NCBI GenBank assembly: GCA_015520265.1
Contig: WAQK01000094.1
Span: 28,555 to 92,554 of the forward strand
Direction: 5' to 3'
From: Pyrodictiaceae archaeon
Lineage (GTDB): Archaea; Thermoproteota; Thermoprotei_A; Sulfolobales; WAQK01
DNA length: 64,000 bases
Part shown: one piece after another, positions 9,312 through 17,341 of the stretch
How the letters are laid out: each line of letters starts with the position of its first letter
How positions within the stretch are numbered: the first letter of the stretch is position 1
The notes under the pieces: model-generated
Databases searched by the model: none
Told to the model about the DNA's origin: nothing
Seen by the model: the letters and a program-made list of their open reading frames with translations, nothing else
Position numbers and translations under genes: made by a program

Positions 9312-9384
9312 GGCGTGCACCCAGAAACCGATAACCATACATAACATTGGGCGATGCAACCTATATGCGTGTAGGTGGTCGAAC

Positions 9385-9876
9385 ATGGCTTTTCCGGGCT
9401 TCATGCTGGCCAGGTATATGGAGGACTACGGCGATCTCGAAGAACAGGTGCAACCTGCAGGATTCGACCTCAGGGTGGGCGAGGTCATGGCGCCTGTGGA
9501 GGAGGGGGTTCTAGGCAGAGACGAGAGAATGATCCCCGGCTATGAGGAACTGGAGCCGGAGGGTGGCTGGTGGCGCCTAGGCCCTGGAGGCTACATTATC
9601 AGGTTCATGGAGGTTGTCAGTGTTCCCCGCAACGCTGTTGGGATATGTCTGCCCCGCTCCAGCCTACTAAGGATGGGGGCCACGCTGAACTGCGCCGTCT
9701 GGGACCCAGGATACAGGGGGAGGGGTCAGGCCCTACTGGTTGTCCTTAACCCGCACGGCATAAGGCTCGAGCAGGGGGCCAGGATAGCTCAGATGGTCTA
9801 CATAAAGACCACTATGCTTCCCAGGAACCTCTATAGGGGTGTATACCAGGGTGAGGGCATTGGAGATAAACACTGA
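9385..9876 (+). CDS. dut: dUTP diphosphatase / dCTP-deaminase-family protein
   Basis: GFDLRVGEV and AVWDPGYRGRGQALLVVLNPHGIRLEQGARIAQMVY are typical of the archaeal dUTPase/Dcd fold. The long ORF from 9031 is antisense to the neighbouring gene, so I use ATG 9385. Confidence 0.75.
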   Translation: MAFPGFMLARYMEDYGDLEEQVQPAGFDLRVGEVMAPVEEGVLGRDERMIPGYEELEPEGGWWRLGPGGYIIRFMEVVSVPRNAVGICLPRSSLLRMGATLNCAVWDPGYRGRGQALLVVLNPHGIRLEQGARIAQMVYIKTTMLPRNLYRGVYQGEGIGDKH

Positions 9877-10849
9877 CAAGTGCCGCCTGGTGGGTGAGAG
9901 GCTCGGGGAGGCTCTTACCAGGGTAAAGGCGGATCAGTTCACAGATCCACGCTACTATCCTCCCGCCAGCGACGAGGACGAAATGGTTGCACGGTACTTC
10001 CTCGTGATGGTTGCCATGGATCATAGGCTCAGCCGCCCGGGGAGGCCATACGAGGCCTATGTGGGCGGCGAGTTCTATCATGGAGCCGACCTTCTCTATA
10101 GGTTAGGCATGAAGAAGTACCACGAGGATCCAGGGTTCTTCGACCCTCGGAGTCTGGTAAAGGTTACGGCAAAAAGCGTGGAGGAGTGGCTCTCAGCTGG
10201 CGGCGCCTCGCCGCCTGACCCCGACGTTAGGGCAGCGCTCCTACGGGATCTGGGGGAGAAGCTTCTAGCCCTTTACGGCGGCAACGTTACGGGGCTCATC
10301 TCTGCTTCTGGCGGCTACCTGAAAAGGCTAGAGGGGGGACTTATCGATAGGCTCAAGGCTTTCAGGGCCTACGAGGACCCTGTGGAGAAGAAGGCCTACC
10401 TCCTAGCCAAGTTCCTGGAGCGCCGCCGCCTCATAGAAATCAAGGACCCTTGGAACATGGAGGTGCCCGTCGACAATCACCTGGTAAGGATAGCACTTCG
10501 CCTAGGACTAGTGGTGCCTCCACGCTGGATGGTCGATAAGATACTGGAGGAGGCCGAGTTCTCATGGGAGGAGGACGCCATGCTACGCCTGGCCGTTAGG
10601 AAGGCCTTCAAACAGGTGGCCGCGGCGGCAGGGGTTACGCCGTTCCTCCTGGACGACTTTCTCTGGATGTTCGGCCGCAAGTGTTGTCCCCGCGACACCG
10701 CCGGAACCATGTGCAGTAGTTGCGTAGAGCGGTGCAGGGGCGTGGGCGGCTGCCTAGCCGGAGGCTGCATATTCGCCGACATTTGCAACGCTAAGTCCAG
10801 GAACCTCTATTTACCCGAGCATACATATCTGAATACCTGGTACTACTAG
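9839..10849 (+). CDS. Hypothetical protein with a C-terminal Cys-rich cluster (possible Fe-S or Zn site; helical N-glycosidase-like body)
   Basis: 336-aa ORF. The C-terminus is CCPRDTAGTMCSSCVERCRGVGGCLAGGCIFADIC (9 Cys in 35 aa). I could not assign a function from the sequence. Confidence 0.5.
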   Translation: MYTRVRALEINTDKCRLVGERLGEALTRVKADQFTDPRYYPPASDEDEMVARYFLVMVAMDHRLSRPGRPYEAYVGGEFYHGADLLYRLGMKKYHEDPGFFDPRSLVKVTAKSVEEWLSAGGASPPDPDVRAALLRDLGEKLLALYGGNVTGLISASGGYLKRLEGGLIDRLKAFRAYEDPVEKKAYLLAKFLERRRLIEIKDPWNMEVPVDNHLVRIALRLGLVVPPRWMVDKILEEAEFSWEEDAMLRLAVRKAFKQVAAAAGVTPFLLDDFLWMFGRKCCPRDTAGTMCSSCVERCRGVGGCLAGGCIFADICNAKSRNLYLPEHTYLNTWYY

Positions 10850-10859
10850 GTGTTACGCC

Positions 10860-11129
10860 ATGGACCTGCGGAGCCTTATAGGCGACCGTGTCAAGGAGCT
10901 CAGCGAGGACGAGAGGAGGGTTATGGAGTACTTCGTCTCCAACGTCTCTGTCGGTGAACTCATAGTCCTAAGGGAGCTCCGGGCGCGCTACAAGATACGT
11001 GAGCCCCTCAGGGTCCTTAGGTCGCTGGTTGAGAAGGGGTTGCTGGAGAGGGGTGAGGGTTGCTATAACCTGGCCGAGGAGCTGAGGGAGAAGATCTTCG
11101 AGTCAAGGAGCTCTAGATACTCCAGGTAG
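10860..11129 (+). CDS. Small winged-helix DNA-binding protein (putative transcriptional regulator)
   Basis: 89 aa. The pattern ERRVMEYFVSN..GELIVLRELRARYKIREPLRVLRSLVEKGLLERGEG looks like a wHTH. Confidence 0.5.
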   Translation: MDLRSLIGDRVKELSEDERRVMEYFVSNVSVGELIVLRELRARYKIREPLRVLRSLVEKGLLERGEGCYNLAEELREKIFESRSSRYSR

Positions 11130-11143
11130 CGGGCCGAGTCTCC

Positions 11144-11992
11144 ATGACGGTCAGGTACGTTTATTTGGACCTTCCACGCCTCACGGCTTGGGTCGCCAGG
11201 GAGATTCTTCGGGGTGTGCGCAGGGTTACGCTTGACCTCGGGCTGAGCTTCGAGGAGGTGGAGATTAGCGGCGACACAGTGTTTCTGAGGGGCGTGGGTG
11301 TGCCCCTAGACTCTCTCAGGAGGCTCAGGGAGAATGTCGTCTACGAGGCGGTGCGTGGAGGACTGGTTCCGGTGGAGCTCAGGTCTCCGCATGGAAGCTA
11401 CTACAAGCTGAGGCCTGTGGGGCCTCGTTCAGCTCCGACGTTAGAGATAGATGGGATCCATATGCACCGTATAGTGGGCACCGACCCTTGGAGGGATAGC
11501 ATGGATAAGGTGAGGGCAGCCAGGGTGAGGCGGGGCCACAGGGTTCTGGACACCTGCCTGGGACTCGGATACACTACTATAGGCTCCCTGCTCAGGGGCG
11601 CTGAGAGGGTCATCAGTGTGGAGATAGACCTGAACGTGGTCGAGATGGCCAGGAGGAATCCTTGGAGCAGGAGGCTTGAGGACCCGAGGGTCGAGGTGAT
11701 CCATGACGATGTGGTGAGGGTTGTGGAAAGATTCGACAACGACGAGTTTGATCGCGTGATCCACGACCCTCCCAGATTTACCTCCAGGACCGGCGACCTG
11801 TATAGTCTGGATTTCTACAGGGAGCTTTACAGGGTTCTCCGGCCCGGTGGCAGGTTATATCACTATACAGGGGAGCCTGGAAGGGTTAGGGGCAGAAGCC
11901 TGGTCGCCGGCGTAGCGAGAAGGCTTAGGGAAGCGGGATTCATTGTGAGGCCGTGGAGGGGTGGTATGGGGCTGGTAGCCGAGAAGGACTAG
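11144..11992 (+). CDS. Class I SAM-dependent methyltransferase (archaeal COG2521-like)
   Basis: SAM motif I VLDTCLGLGYTT, a post-I acidic residue (SVEID), and the motif IV-like IHDPPRF. Confidence 0.7.
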   Translation: MTVRYVYLDLPRLTAWVAREILRGVRRVTLDLGLSFEEVEISGDTVFLRGVGVPLDSLRRLRENVVYEAVRGGLVPVELRSPHGSYYKLRPVGPRSAPTLEIDGIHMHRIVGTDPWRDSMDKVRAARVRRGHRVLDTCLGLGYTTIGSLLRGAERVISVEIDLNVVEMARRNPWSRRLEDPRVEVIHDDVVRVVERFDNDEFDRVIHDPPRFTSRTGDLYSLDFYRELYRVLRPGGRLYHYTGEPGRVRGRSLVAGVARRLREAGFIVRPWRGGMGLVAEKD

Positions 11993-13038
11993 CCGACAGA
12001 CACCTGGATCCTCCTGTCGGTGTAGGTTATCTTGCTAAGCTTCCTGGCGACAGCTCTCAGCAGGATGTTGTGGGTGCCGTGGGGCAGTTTGAGCTTGAAC
12101 TCTACGTCTCTGACCTCGCCTGGCTTCAGCGAGGATACCTCGAGTCTGGCCAGCGGTATCCCCATATTCATCACTACCATGAACAGGGAGTCTGGAGCCG
12201 ACTCACCCACGTTGGCCACCTTGGCCCTTAGCACGCCTCCCTCGAACACGACGTCGCTGAACACTATGCGGGGCTCCCGGTACACCGCCTCCCCTAGGAG
12301 CAGTGTGGACAGTATGAAGTGTTTCGGATAGTAGGAGGTGCCGCTGCCTAGATGCTCGACCCTGACCCTGTTTGTCTTCGAGATCTCGAGGTCCTCGAAG
12401 CTAAGCTCGTCGGCTCCTACCGCGTCGCCAAGGTACCTCGGCTCGCCGCCGTTGACGGATACCGAAACTCTAGCCGATTTAGACGGCAATATGCCTACGA
12501 TCCTCAGAATACCGTTGCCCCGGGGCTCCTCCTCAAGCTCTGCCTCAATCTCGACCACCTCGCCCGGGGCCAGTGCCTGGGCGCCTGAGAGGTAGGTGAA
12601 GTTGTAGAATGCCTCCTCGGTTCGCCTGATTATCAGGAGGTTGATATGGCCCACTGTGACAGGCGTGGAGCCGTCATACATTACTGTGACGAAGTGTCTC
12701 GGGTTCTCTGACTTGTAGATGGGGGTGACGTCGAAGAGCACCTTGGCGAAGAGCGCGTCGTCCACAGGTAGCACGTATTGGGGCTTGAACTCCCTGGTTA
12801 TGGAGAAGCCGTCGAGCCAGAGCCTCCACTTGGGCAGTCTTTCCTCCTGTGCGAACAGGGCGACCTCCAGGTAAGCCGCCTCCAGGTCGCCGCGGGGGAT
12901 GGAGGGTGTATCCATCACGGCTTTGTGTATCTTGGGGTTACCCAGCCCGCCCAGCCTTCCCGAGGCGAGCGATGTTGAGAGTATGACTTCGCCTGGCACC
13001 TTGGATTTTTTAAACTCCTCCATAATGCCGCTGGGCAT
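11989..13038 (-). CDS. Hypothetical beta-rich protein with a C-terminal CARDB-like Ig-fold domain; no signal peptide seen
   Basis: 349-aa ORF with good codon usage. The C-terminal region (LRAKVANVGESAPDSLFMVVMN...LKPGEVRDVEFKLKLP) resembles CARDB. Confidence 0.55.
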   Translation of the reverse strand: MPSGIMEEFKKSKVPGEVILSTSLASGRLGGLGNPKIHKAVMDTPSIPRGDLEAAYLEVALFAQEERLPKWRLWLDGFSITREFKPQYVLPVDDALFAKVLFDVTPIYKSENPRHFVTVMYDGSTPVTVGHINLLIIRRTEEAFYNFTYLSGAQALAPGEVVEIEAELEEEPRGNGILRIVGILPSKSARVSVSVNGGEPRYLGDAVGADELSFEDLEISKTNRVRVEHLGSGTSYYPKHFILSTLLLGEAVYREPRIVFSDVVFEGGVLRAKVANVGESAPDSLFMVVMNMGIPLARLEVSSLKPGEVRDVEFKLKLPHGTHNILLRAVARKLSKITYTDRRIQVSVG

Positions 13039-13354
13039 AACTTGCTCCCTCTACTAAAGCTAACCCCCTAGCACTATAAGGGTTTACTCCGCTCAGTGTA
13101 ACTCCTTATATATCCCTCGAGTACACATGATCCCCCGGATTTGTGGGGAATTACTCCCGGACCGAACGCTGGGGGATGTGGAGAGCTTACCCGGCCGACA
13201 CATCTTTCCTCATCCCAGCTAGAACCTCCATACGCATCTCCCATATGTGGTTATGAAATCGGTATTATTGGGGAAATATTCTAAATGATGAATTATGATT
13301 TCCCGACGAAATTTTTTTATTTTACTAATACATCTATTCTTATGGTGTACATAA

Positions 13355-13915
13355 ATGGTTGCGAAGCGTGAAATGACCATAGACGCACTCAAATCTGCCT
13401 TCGGCGGCGAATCCATGGCCCATATGAGGTACCTAGTCTTCGCCGAAATAGCCGAGAGGGAGGGCTTCAAGAACGTGGCAAGGCTCTTCAGAGCCATAGC
13501 CCACGCCGAGTTCGTCCATGCCAGGAATCACTCCATGGAGCTCTCCGACCTCCACGGTGGCTACAGCGTTACTGCAGGCGCCACCTTCGGCCCTGGGAAC
13601 ACATCGAAGAACCTCGAGCTAGCCATAATGGGCGAGGAGTTCGAGGTCGCCGAGATGTACCCCGTGTACATAGAGATCGCCAAGTTCCAGGGGGAGGAGG
13701 GGGCTAGGAGGTCCTTCTACTGGGCCCTCGAGGCGGAGAAGATCCATGCTGAGATGTACAGGAAGGCCAAAGAGTACGTAGACAAGGGCGAGGACATGCC
13801 CATAGACGGCAAGGTGTGGATCTGCCCAGTCTGCGGCCACACCTACATAGGACCCGAGCCTCCGGACAAGTGCCCCATCTGCGGTGCACCTAAGGAGAAG
13901 TATGAGGGCTTCTAG
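13355..13915 (+). CDS. rbr: Rubrerythrin
   Basis: Ferritin-like diiron domain (GESMAHMRYLVFA...EFVHA...EEFE..MY...EKIHAEMY) plus a C-terminal rubredoxin-like CPVCGH...CPICGAPKEKY. A strongly AT-rich promoter region lies upstream. Confidence 0.9.
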   Translation: MVAKREMTIDALKSAFGGESMAHMRYLVFAEIAEREGFKNVARLFRAIAHAEFVHARNHSMELSDLHGGYSVTAGATFGPGNTSKNLELAIMGEEFEVAEMYPVYIEIAKFQGEEGARRSFYWALEAEKIHAEMYRKAKEYVDKGEDMPIDGKVWICPVCGHTYIGPEPPDKCPICGAPKEKYEGF

Positions 13916-13933
13916 GGGGCTAGCCGCTACATT

Positions 13934-13978
13934 AATTATTTTTCCCTGAATTTCTACCATCTTTTAAGGTTAGAAATT
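13934..13978 (+). terminator. T-tract (ATTATTTTTCCC) followed by a hairpin (AATTTCTA / TAGAAATT, 8-bp stem) downstream of rbr
   Basis: Read directly. The arms are at 13949-13956 and 13971-13978. It could alternatively be an operator for the next gene. Confidence 0.35.
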
Positions 13979-14023
13979 TATTCTAAACACTACATAGCTG
14001 TTCTCGCAGTTTCAACGTTAAAC

Positions 14024-14782
14024 GTGGGGGTGTATCACGTGGATTACATCGTCACGGGGCGCGTAATACTGGTAGGGCTGGTGGCCGGAGCCATAGCCAC
14101 GCTGCTGGGTCTATACATAATGTGGGTCCTCCTACGGTCCTCCAAGTACTTCAAGGGCAGGCTCCTCAGGCTGTCCTGGGCAGTCCTCCTCTCGGGAGCC
14201 ACCCTCATGCTGATCGATGGCCTCGCTTTTCTAGCTATATATGTGGTGCCCGAAAAGTATTCCACCATAAGGCTTGTTCACATGCCTCTGCTCATACTGG
14301 TGACGCTTGTGTTTGCCGCCTTCATAACCAAGATACAGACGTACACCTCTGGCCTCCCATCTGAGGAGGCGCGGAGGGCTGATGTTAGGGTGTTTCTCGG
14401 CTCGCCTGTCAGGATGTTCCTGGAGGTTTCCCGGTACATGGATAGGACCACCGCGCTGAACCTGGCCCGCAGGATAGGGGTGGAGTATGCCAGGATCCAT
14501 CGCGGGATCCTCGAGTCCGACCCCACGGGGCTAGCCAAGGTGGTGAGCCTGCTGGGCAGGCAGCTTGGAGGCAAGATGTATATCGAGAGCGGCTACGGCG
14601 TCGGCGAGCTGGTGTTCGAGACGGATATAGCTACAGTTAACGAGGAGCGAATTCAACTTATAGCTGAGCTGCTGAAGGGATTCTGGGAGGAGGCGGTATC
14701 GCTGTCCCATAAGCTGATAATAACGCCGAGGACCAAGATTATCCCTATGCCCGGCGTGATCAGGATAGTGGTGTCAGGGTAG
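14024..14782 (+). CDS. Hypothetical membrane protein (N-terminal TM helices plus a soluble C-terminal domain)
   Basis: 252-aa ORF with a GTG start. It has 3-4 hydrophobic helices in the first ~100 aa. The C-terminal domain is of unknown function. Confidence 0.5.
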   Translation: MGVYHVDYIVTGRVILVGLVAGAIATLLGLYIMWVLLRSSKYFKGRLLRLSWAVLLSGATLMLIDGLAFLAIYVVPEKYSTIRLVHMPLLILVTLVFAAFITKIQTYTSGLPSEEARRADVRVFLGSPVRMFLEVSRYMDRTTALNLARRIGVEYARIHRGILESDPTGLAKVVSLLGRQLGGKMYIESGYGVGELVFETDIATVNEERIQLIAELLKGFWEEAVSLSHKLIITPRTKIIPMPGVIRIVVSG

Positions 14783-14821
14783 GGTTGATATACCCTACAT
14801 CCGATCCCTTCAAGGGTACGG

Positions 14822-15310
14822 TTGTTGGGGAAGGCCAGTAGCAGGAGGAGGCGTGGCTTCGCCTACGAGCGCGAACTGGCCCGAGAGCTGTGGAACCGGG
14901 GGTTTGCCTGCATGAGGGCGCCGGCCAGCGGGGCCAAGGTTAGGAGGAGGGCGCAGCCGGACCTTGTGGCTATGAAGAACGGCGTGATACTGGTGTTCGA
15001 GGTTAAGACTAGGAGGAGGGAGGGCCACGTGTATATAGATGCGGGGCAGGTGGAGAAGCTGTCGGAGTTCGCCAGGAGGGCCGGAGGCCTGGCATTCATC
15101 GCTGTCAAGATACTAGATGGCAGGGGCTGGAGATTCGTGCCCGTGGAGAGGCTGGCAAGGACCAGGGGCGGCAGTTTCAAGGTCGGCCTAGAGGAGGTTG
15201 AGAGGGGGTTCAGGCTCAGGGATCTGGAGGTGCTGGTCTCCGGAGGCTATAGGAGCCTCGACGAATACCTTGGTCAGGGCAAAGACACGAATTCCCAGAA
15301 GGACGCATGA
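14822..15310 (+). CDS. hjc: Holliday junction resolvase Hjc
   Basis: GFAYERELARELWNRGFACMRAPASGAK...PDLVAMKNGVILVFEVKTRR matches the Hjc E..D..EVK nuclease core. Confidence 0.85.
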   Translation: MLGKASSRRRRGFAYERELARELWNRGFACMRAPASGAKVRRRAQPDLVAMKNGVILVFEVKTRRREGHVYIDAGQVEKLSEFARRAGGLAFIAVKILDGRGWRFVPVERLARTRGGSFKVGLEEVERGFRLRDLEVLVSGGYRSLDEYLGQGKDTNSQKDA

Positions 15311-15314
15311 GGAG

Positions 15315-15458
15315 GTGCGACCCTTGTCCCGCAGGGAATACTCGAAGATCTGCCCTGTCTGCCGTATAAGGTATCGGGCGGAAATGTATGTATGTCCTAG
15401 ATGCGGGTCCAGACTCGTCGAGGTGGAGGAGACTACGGGTTCTCCAGCGACACCTTGA
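15315..15458 (+). CDS. Possible small zinc-ribbon protein (about 47 aa), below the length cut-off of the ORF track
   Basis: GTG at 15315 (or TTG at 15324) begins 5 nt after the hjc stop. It encodes ...KICPVCRIRYRAEMYVCPRCGSRLVEVEE, a CPxC-x12-CPxC motif. It overlaps the convergent gene by 26 nt. Codon usage is less GC3-biased than in the neighbouring genes. Confidence 0.3.
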   Translation: MRPLSRREYSKICPVCRIRYRAEMYVCPRCGSRLVEVEETTGSPATP

Positions 15459-17016
15459 CCTCTAGCCCCCACCTGTCGCCCAGCTTTCTAAGTCTCTTCA
15501 TTTTACGGGATAGTACTCTCGCAGCCTCCCTCGGCACCCTGACCACCAGCGTGTCGCCCTGGATCTCCGCCGTGGCTCCGGGTATGAGCCTCTCAACCTG
15601 TCTCCTAAGCCTGGCTTCGAGCCCGCTGGCCTTGGCCCTCCGAATGGGCACCACCACAGTCTGCTCGCCGAAGGTGTAGATCTCGTAGGCAAGCTCGCCG
15701 GTGAGAAAGTCCCTGACCTCGACCACTGGTCTGGCCAGGTCGGCCTCCCTGAGCCCTGTGGGGAGCTTCACAGTCATGGCCAGCTCATAGACGGTGTCGA
15801 CTTGCCCGTTCCTTATGAAAACCACAGTGTCCACTATGCTAGGTATGACTCCGAGCTCCACTCTGCCAATGAACCTCTGGACAGCGTCTATAGGCGTGGT
15901 GGCGTGTATCACCCCGATCATGCCTATTCCGGCCAGTCTAAGGTCGACGTAGAGCTTGAAGTCCTCGTCGTTTCTGAGCTCGTCAAACACCGTGTAGTCG
16001 GGCCTGCTGAGCAGCAGTATGTCGTGGAGCTCGCCCAGGCTGGCGTAGTGTTTCGAGTACTGGGTTATCTCCGGTGGTAGCTGCATGTCTCTCGGCGACT
16101 CTATGGTCTTGACAACCTTGCCCTTCCTGGCGTAGAACTCGGCCAGTGCTTGGGCGAAGGTGGTCTTACCCATGCCTGGCGCGCCCGCGATCAGTATACC
16201 CTCCGCTCTCTCCTCGAACCTTTTGAGGAGCTTGCTGGGCAGCTTGTAGTCCTCGAGGCTCAGCTTGACTAGGGGCTTCACGGCGGTTATCTCCCAGCCC
16301 TCGCTTAGGGGCGGCCTGGTGATCACTATCCTGTACCTGCCCAGCTGGACTATGGTGGAGCCGGCCCTGTCTATCTCTATGAAGCTGTCGGGCCTCCTCC
16401 GCGCCTCTTCCACGATCTCGCGGGCTATCTCCTCGATCTCCTCCCTCTTCAGGGGCCTGCGGCCAAGGTAAGCGAACTCCCAGTGTCCAGGCCTGCCCCT
16501 CTTGCCTATAGGCCTGGTGCCCTCCTTGAGGTGGACACTCATGGTGTTCTCGTCGAAGTACTTCTCCAGCCTGAGCTTGCCAGCGCTCCGGGGCGGCACG
16601 TATATCGTCTTAACCCCCATGGCCCTGGCCACGGCCGCCTGCACCTTGTCGCCGGTCACTAGTGTGGCGCCTATCTCCCACGCGTAGTCCCGGATTATCG
16701 CGTCGACCGCTCCGAGGCTGGCCGACCTCATCTCCGAGGCCCTGGGCCTCTCTCCCTCTATGCTGATCTCTATGAGGCCCTCCTCTGCTAGCCTACGCAG
16801 CCTCTCTACCTCATCGAGGCCCGCGAAGCCTACTGCCTTGCCCTGGTTGGCCTGGTGTTCCAGCTCTGCCAGCACGGCCCTATGTATTATAACCCTCCCC
16901 CTGATCTCGCCCTGCTTGACGAGCCTAGACATCACTCCCTCTATGATGACGCTGGTGTCGGGCACGTAGGTCTGCTCGACCTCGGGGAATACTAGTCCCT
17001 CTCCCAACACAATCAC
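15433..17016 (-). CDS. PIN-domain / PilT-like ATPase / KH-domain protein (archaeal COG1855 type)
   Basis: N-terminal PIN-like region (YVPDTSVIIEG), Walker A AGAPGMGKTT, and a C-terminal KH-like region. Confidence 0.8.
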   Translation of the reverse strand: MIVLGEGLVFPEVEQTYVPDTSVIIEGVMSRLVKQGEIRGRVIIHRAVLAELEHQANQGKAVGFAGLDEVERLRRLAEEGLIEISIEGERPRASEMRSASLGAVDAIIRDYAWEIGATLVTGDKVQAAVARAMGVKTIYVPPRSAGKLRLEKYFDENTMSVHLKEGTRPIGKRGRPGHWEFAYLGRRPLKREEIEEIAREIVEEARRRPDSFIEIDRAGSTIVQLGRYRIVITRPPLSEGWEITAVKPLVKLSLEDYKLPSKLLKRFEERAEGILIAGAPGMGKTTFAQALAEFYARKGKVVKTIESPRDMQLPPEITQYSKHYASLGELHDILLLSRPDYTVFDELRNDEDFKLYVDLRLAGIGMIGVIHATTPIDAVQRFIGRVELGVIPSIVDTVVFIRNGQVDTVYELAMTVKLPTGLREADLARPVVEVRDFLTGELAYEIYTFGEQTVVVPIRRAKASGLEARLRRQVERLIPGATAEIQGDTLVVRVPREAARVLSRKMKRLRKLGDRWGLEVKVSLENP

Positions 17017-17086
17017 TTCCCGGTGTTCGGGATCTCATGTACTGGTTAATAAGAAGATTCATTAATCATGTACTCGTCAAAGGTAC

Positions 17087-17335
17087 TTGGCAGGGAATTA
17101 TCGGGGGCGCATGGTTATGGGCAAGATCTCTAAGGGTGTTGCCTGCAGCGTCGAGGGCTGCGATGAGAGGGCGGTCCACTCGTTGAGCCTCGAGGAGACC
17201 AGGATACTCGAGGATAAGGGCTACAGACTGGAAGCCATCCATAGCCGAGTGTATCTCTGCGAGAAGCACTACAAGGAGTGGAAGAAGGCCCGCAAGAAGA
17301 TCGAGAAGTTCGAGAAATGGAGGATGATGAGGTAG
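17087..17335 (+). CDS. Small basic protein with a putative C4/C3H zinc site, function unknown
   Basis: 82-aa ORF containing CSVEGCDERAVHS...YLCEKHYKEWKKARKKIEKFEKW. The true start may be an internal Met (MVMGK). Confidence 0.45.
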   Translation: MAGNYRGRMVMGKISKGVACSVEGCDERAVHSLSLEETRILEDKGYRLEAIHSRVYLCEKHYKEWKKARKKIEKFEKWRMMR

Positions 17336-17341
17336 CAGAAG

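Noticed and set aside
9031-9384. The N-terminal 118 codons of the 281-aa ORF that contains dut.
   Set aside because: This part is antisense to the bactofilin-like gene and is Ser/Thr/Pro-rich. The dUTPase homology begins only after the internal ATG at 9385.
13294-13300. A C-box-like ATGATGA in the rbr upstream region, considered as a possible C/D-box sRNA.
   Set aside because: No D or D' box (CTGA) or C' box occurs within the next ~70 nt on that strand, and there is no terminal stem.
17326-17332. A C-box-like ATGATGA at the 3' end of the small ORF 17087-17335.
   Set aside because: It encodes the C-terminal Met-Met-Arg of the ORF. No CTGA D box follows within 70 nt.
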